NCBI GenBank assembly: GCA_965203445.1
Contig: OZ241883.1
Coordinates: 1,856,001-1,920,000, forward strand
Length of the DNA stretch: 64,000 nt
DNA from: Candidatus Oxydemutator sp.
Lineage (GTDB): Bacteria > Pseudomonadota > Gammaproteobacteria > Poriferisulfidales > Oxydemutatoraceae
Reading direction: 5' to 3'
Part shown: in pieces, positions 62,194-64,000 of the stretch
Position numbering within the stretch: position 1 is the stretch's first letter
Layout of the letters: every line of letters starts with the position of its first letter
Notes under the pieces: generated by a model
What the model was told of the DNA's origin: nothing
The model's input: only the letters and a program-made list of their open reading frames with translations
Database searches by the model: none
Translations under genes and position numbers: made by a program

Positions 62194-63318
62194 GCGTAGC
62201 CCGGAGAAGATGTGGCGCTTTTCGGGCGTGTGGAAGTTTCTGAAGCTCAGGCGCGTGCAGTCGCCCTCGCTGAAGGCGCTGGCGCCGCGCAGCACGTAGT
62301 GCGCGCCGTCGAACCACGGCGTCGAGTATTCGTCGTACGGAAAGGCGCGAAAGCCTTCGTAGGGGTGAAAGGCGTTCGCGCACCATTCCCAGGCTTGCGT
62401 GTTCTTATCGAGCAGTCCCTGCGCACCCGCGGTCTCCCATTCATATTCGCACGGCAGCCGCGCGCCCGCGTAGCGGCTGAAGGCGCGCGCCTCGAAATGG
62501 CTGAGGCCGCGCACTGGAGCCTCGGGGTCGAGCGCGCGCGCACCAAAGCAGGTAATCTCGAACCAGCCGCCGTCGCGCGCGCGCCGCCAACCGTCGGGCG
62601 CGCGGCATCCGAGCGCGCGCCGCCAGCGCAGTCCCGCGGCGTCCCAGTGCCGGTCCCGCCGGTAGCCGCCGTCTTCGATAAAGCCCAGATACTCGGCGTT
62701 GGCGACGGCGTCGCGCGCAATCGCAAAAGACTTCATCCTTTTCCCGTGGCGCGGCAGTTCGTTGTCGAACGACCAGTCGTCAACACCGCCGATTTCGTAT
62801 TCGCCCGCGGCCACGTGCACGGCTTCGCGCCGCACCGGAGCGGCCTGCGTGAGTCCGCGCGCGTGGTCGCGCTGCCTGCACAGCCTGAGTTGGCGCTGCG
62901 TCAGCACCATGCGCATCGTCTCGACGTGCTGGGCGTGGTGCTGCACCAGAAATTTCAGCAGGTAGTCGTCGGTGCCCGCCGGTTGCTTGTGCGGCGTTTG
63001 CAACAGGCGGACGTTGGCGCGCTGGCGCCGTCGCGCGTCGTCCACGAGTGCTATCTTTTCCGGCAGCCGCGCACCGCGCTCGGCCTTGATACTGTTTTCC
63101 GGGACGTAGAGCGCGTGCTCCCCGTCGCGCAACGTTTCCTTGTGCAGCCAGAAATCCTCGACAAAAATCGTATGGCCGACGTGCCAGCCGATGGGGCTTA
63201 AGTCCACGTGGTACTGCTCGCGGCATTCGGCGTCGCCGAGCGGTGCGATCAGCGCGAGGATGGTTTCCTGTAGTCGCCGCAGGCGGCGCACCAGGCGCAC
63301 TGAGGCCGGATCGTTCAT
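62179..63318 (-). CDS. egtB: Ergothioneine sulfoxide synthase EgtB (DinB + FGE-fold)
   Basis: SPIGWHVGH, QHHAQHVE iron ligands, FDNE, FPYDEYS, RNF..FSGLR; adjacent to egtC. Confidence 0.85.
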   Translation of the reverse strand: MNDPASVRLVRRLRRLQETILALIAPLGDAECREQYHVDLSPIGWHVGHTIFVEDFWLHKETLRDGEHALYVPENSIKAERGARLPEKIALVDDARRRQRANVRLLQTPHKQPAGTDDYLLKFLVQHHAQHVETMRMVLTQRQLRLCRQRDHARGLTQAAPVRREAVHVAAGEYEIGGVDDWSFDNELPRHGKRMKSFAIARDAVANAEYLGFIEDGGYRRDRHWDAAGLRWRRALGCRAPDGWRRARDGGWFEITCFGARALDPEAPVRGLSHFEARAFSRYAGARLPCEYEWETAGAQGLLDKNTQAWEWCANAFHPYEGFRAFPYDEYSTPWFDGAHYVLRGASAFSEGDCTRLSFRNFHTPEKRHIFSGLRLAFD

Positions 63319-63333
63319 AAGGCGTTCATAAGG
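63312..63333. repeat. Perfect 11-bp tandem duplication of the egtC-stop/egtB-start ATGA junction
   Basis: cgttcataagg at 63312-63322 and 63323-63333. Confidence 0.85.
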
Positions 63334-64000
63334 GCGTCACTACGGGATCGGAGTCGCGCGTTACGACCAGCACCGACGCGGCGGGCACGGCGCGCCAGTC
63401 TTCCGCCGACGTCAGAGGTTCCGATGCGACCAGCGCGCGCCGGCCGTCGTACAGATGGTAGAGCGACGGGGCGTCATCGTGTAACGCGCAGCGCACGCAG
63501 TACAGCGCGGTGCCGTCGCTTATGATGAAGTTCAGCAGCGCGCGGTCGCCGCCGGCGTGCCGCTCGATCCAGGCGACGGTGCGTCGCAGAGAGTCGGCGA
63601 CGCCGTCGCCGGGGTGGTCGCGGCGCATCTGGCGCAACAGTGCGAACAGGTATTCCGAATCGGTCAGGCCGCGCACCGCCGCCTCCACGTCGGCGTCGAG
63701 CTTCCCGAGCAGCGACGCGCGCAAGCCGCGCTGGAAGTTTTCGACGAAGCCGTTGTGCAGAAACAGCAGCGACTCGTCGTGGAACGGTTGCGTGTTGTGC
63801 CGGTCGTTGGCGTAGCCCGGGGTCGCGCTGCGTACCATCGCAAGCCAGAGGTCGCGGCGCAACGTGCGCGCGAGGCTTTCGAGATTGGCGTCGGCCCAGA
63901 TCGGCGCCGGGCTGCGGTACGCGGCGGGACGGCCGTTCTCCAGATACCAGCCGAAACCGAAGCCGTCGGCGTTCAGTTTCGCGTAGGCAAGCTCGCGCGG
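63326..64000 (-). CDS. egtC: Ergothioneine biosynthesis amidohydrolase EgtC (class II GATase), 5' end outside window
   Basis: Frame open to the window edge: LNADGFGFGWY, PIWADANL, VRSATPG, NTQPF, HNG, TDSE, VASEPL. Confidence 0.88.
   Translation of the reverse strand, partial: PRELAYAKLNADGFGFGWYLENGRPAAYRSPAPIWADANLESLARTLRRDLWLAMVRSATPGYANDRHNTQPFHDESLLFLHNGFVENFQRGLRASLLGKLDADVEAAVRGLTDSEYLFALLRQMRRDHPGDGVADSLRRTVAWIERHAGGDRALLNFIISDGTALYCVRCALHDDAPSLYHLYDGRRALVASEPLTSAEDWRAVPAASVLVVTRDSDPVVTPL

Overview
High-GC gammaproteobacterial-type chromosome segment in three parts. (1) 1-21.8 kb holds housekeeping and envelope genes: argC 3' end, a DUF6776-like gene, erpA, anmK, an M23 peptidase, tyrS, coaE, pilD, pilC, pilA, nadE, bamD, rluD and pgeF. 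Between pilD and pilC, on the opposite strand, sits a tightly coupled 8-gene operon (7312-15683). It encodes a secreted Gly-linker protein, a lipoprotein, a TM/helical/PEGA-like protein, a PEGA + non-catalytic FGE/SUMF1 protein, a 46-aa TM microprotein missed by the ORF track, a MotA/TolQ/ExbB-type subunit, and two ExbD/MotB-like TM-Asp + coiled-coil + vWA proteins. I read this as an uncharacterised ion-driven trans-envelope motor. (2) 22.0-53.1 kb holds tRNA-Tyr/Gly/Thr, tuf, tRNA-Trp, secE-nusG-rplKAJL-rpoBC and the str, S10, spc and alpha ribosomal clusters, all very compact. The two tuf copies are near-identical and have an anomalous G-rich, C-poor codon usage. (3) 53.1-64 kb is accessory: a low-GC two-gene islet, an intact IS5-family element, and a coupled 5-formyl-THF cyclo-ligase / Ftr(FhcD) / FolD operon that may bridge methanofuran- and folate-linked C1 metabolism. 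It also has two glycosyltransferase-like genes (one with a G28 tract), ilvD with a DUF4396-like gene, and egtC-egtB. Window-wide patterns are many apparently leaderless sigma70-type promoters and exact 11-18 bp tandem duplications at gene junctions. All family calls come from motif recognition by eye; no database searches were run.
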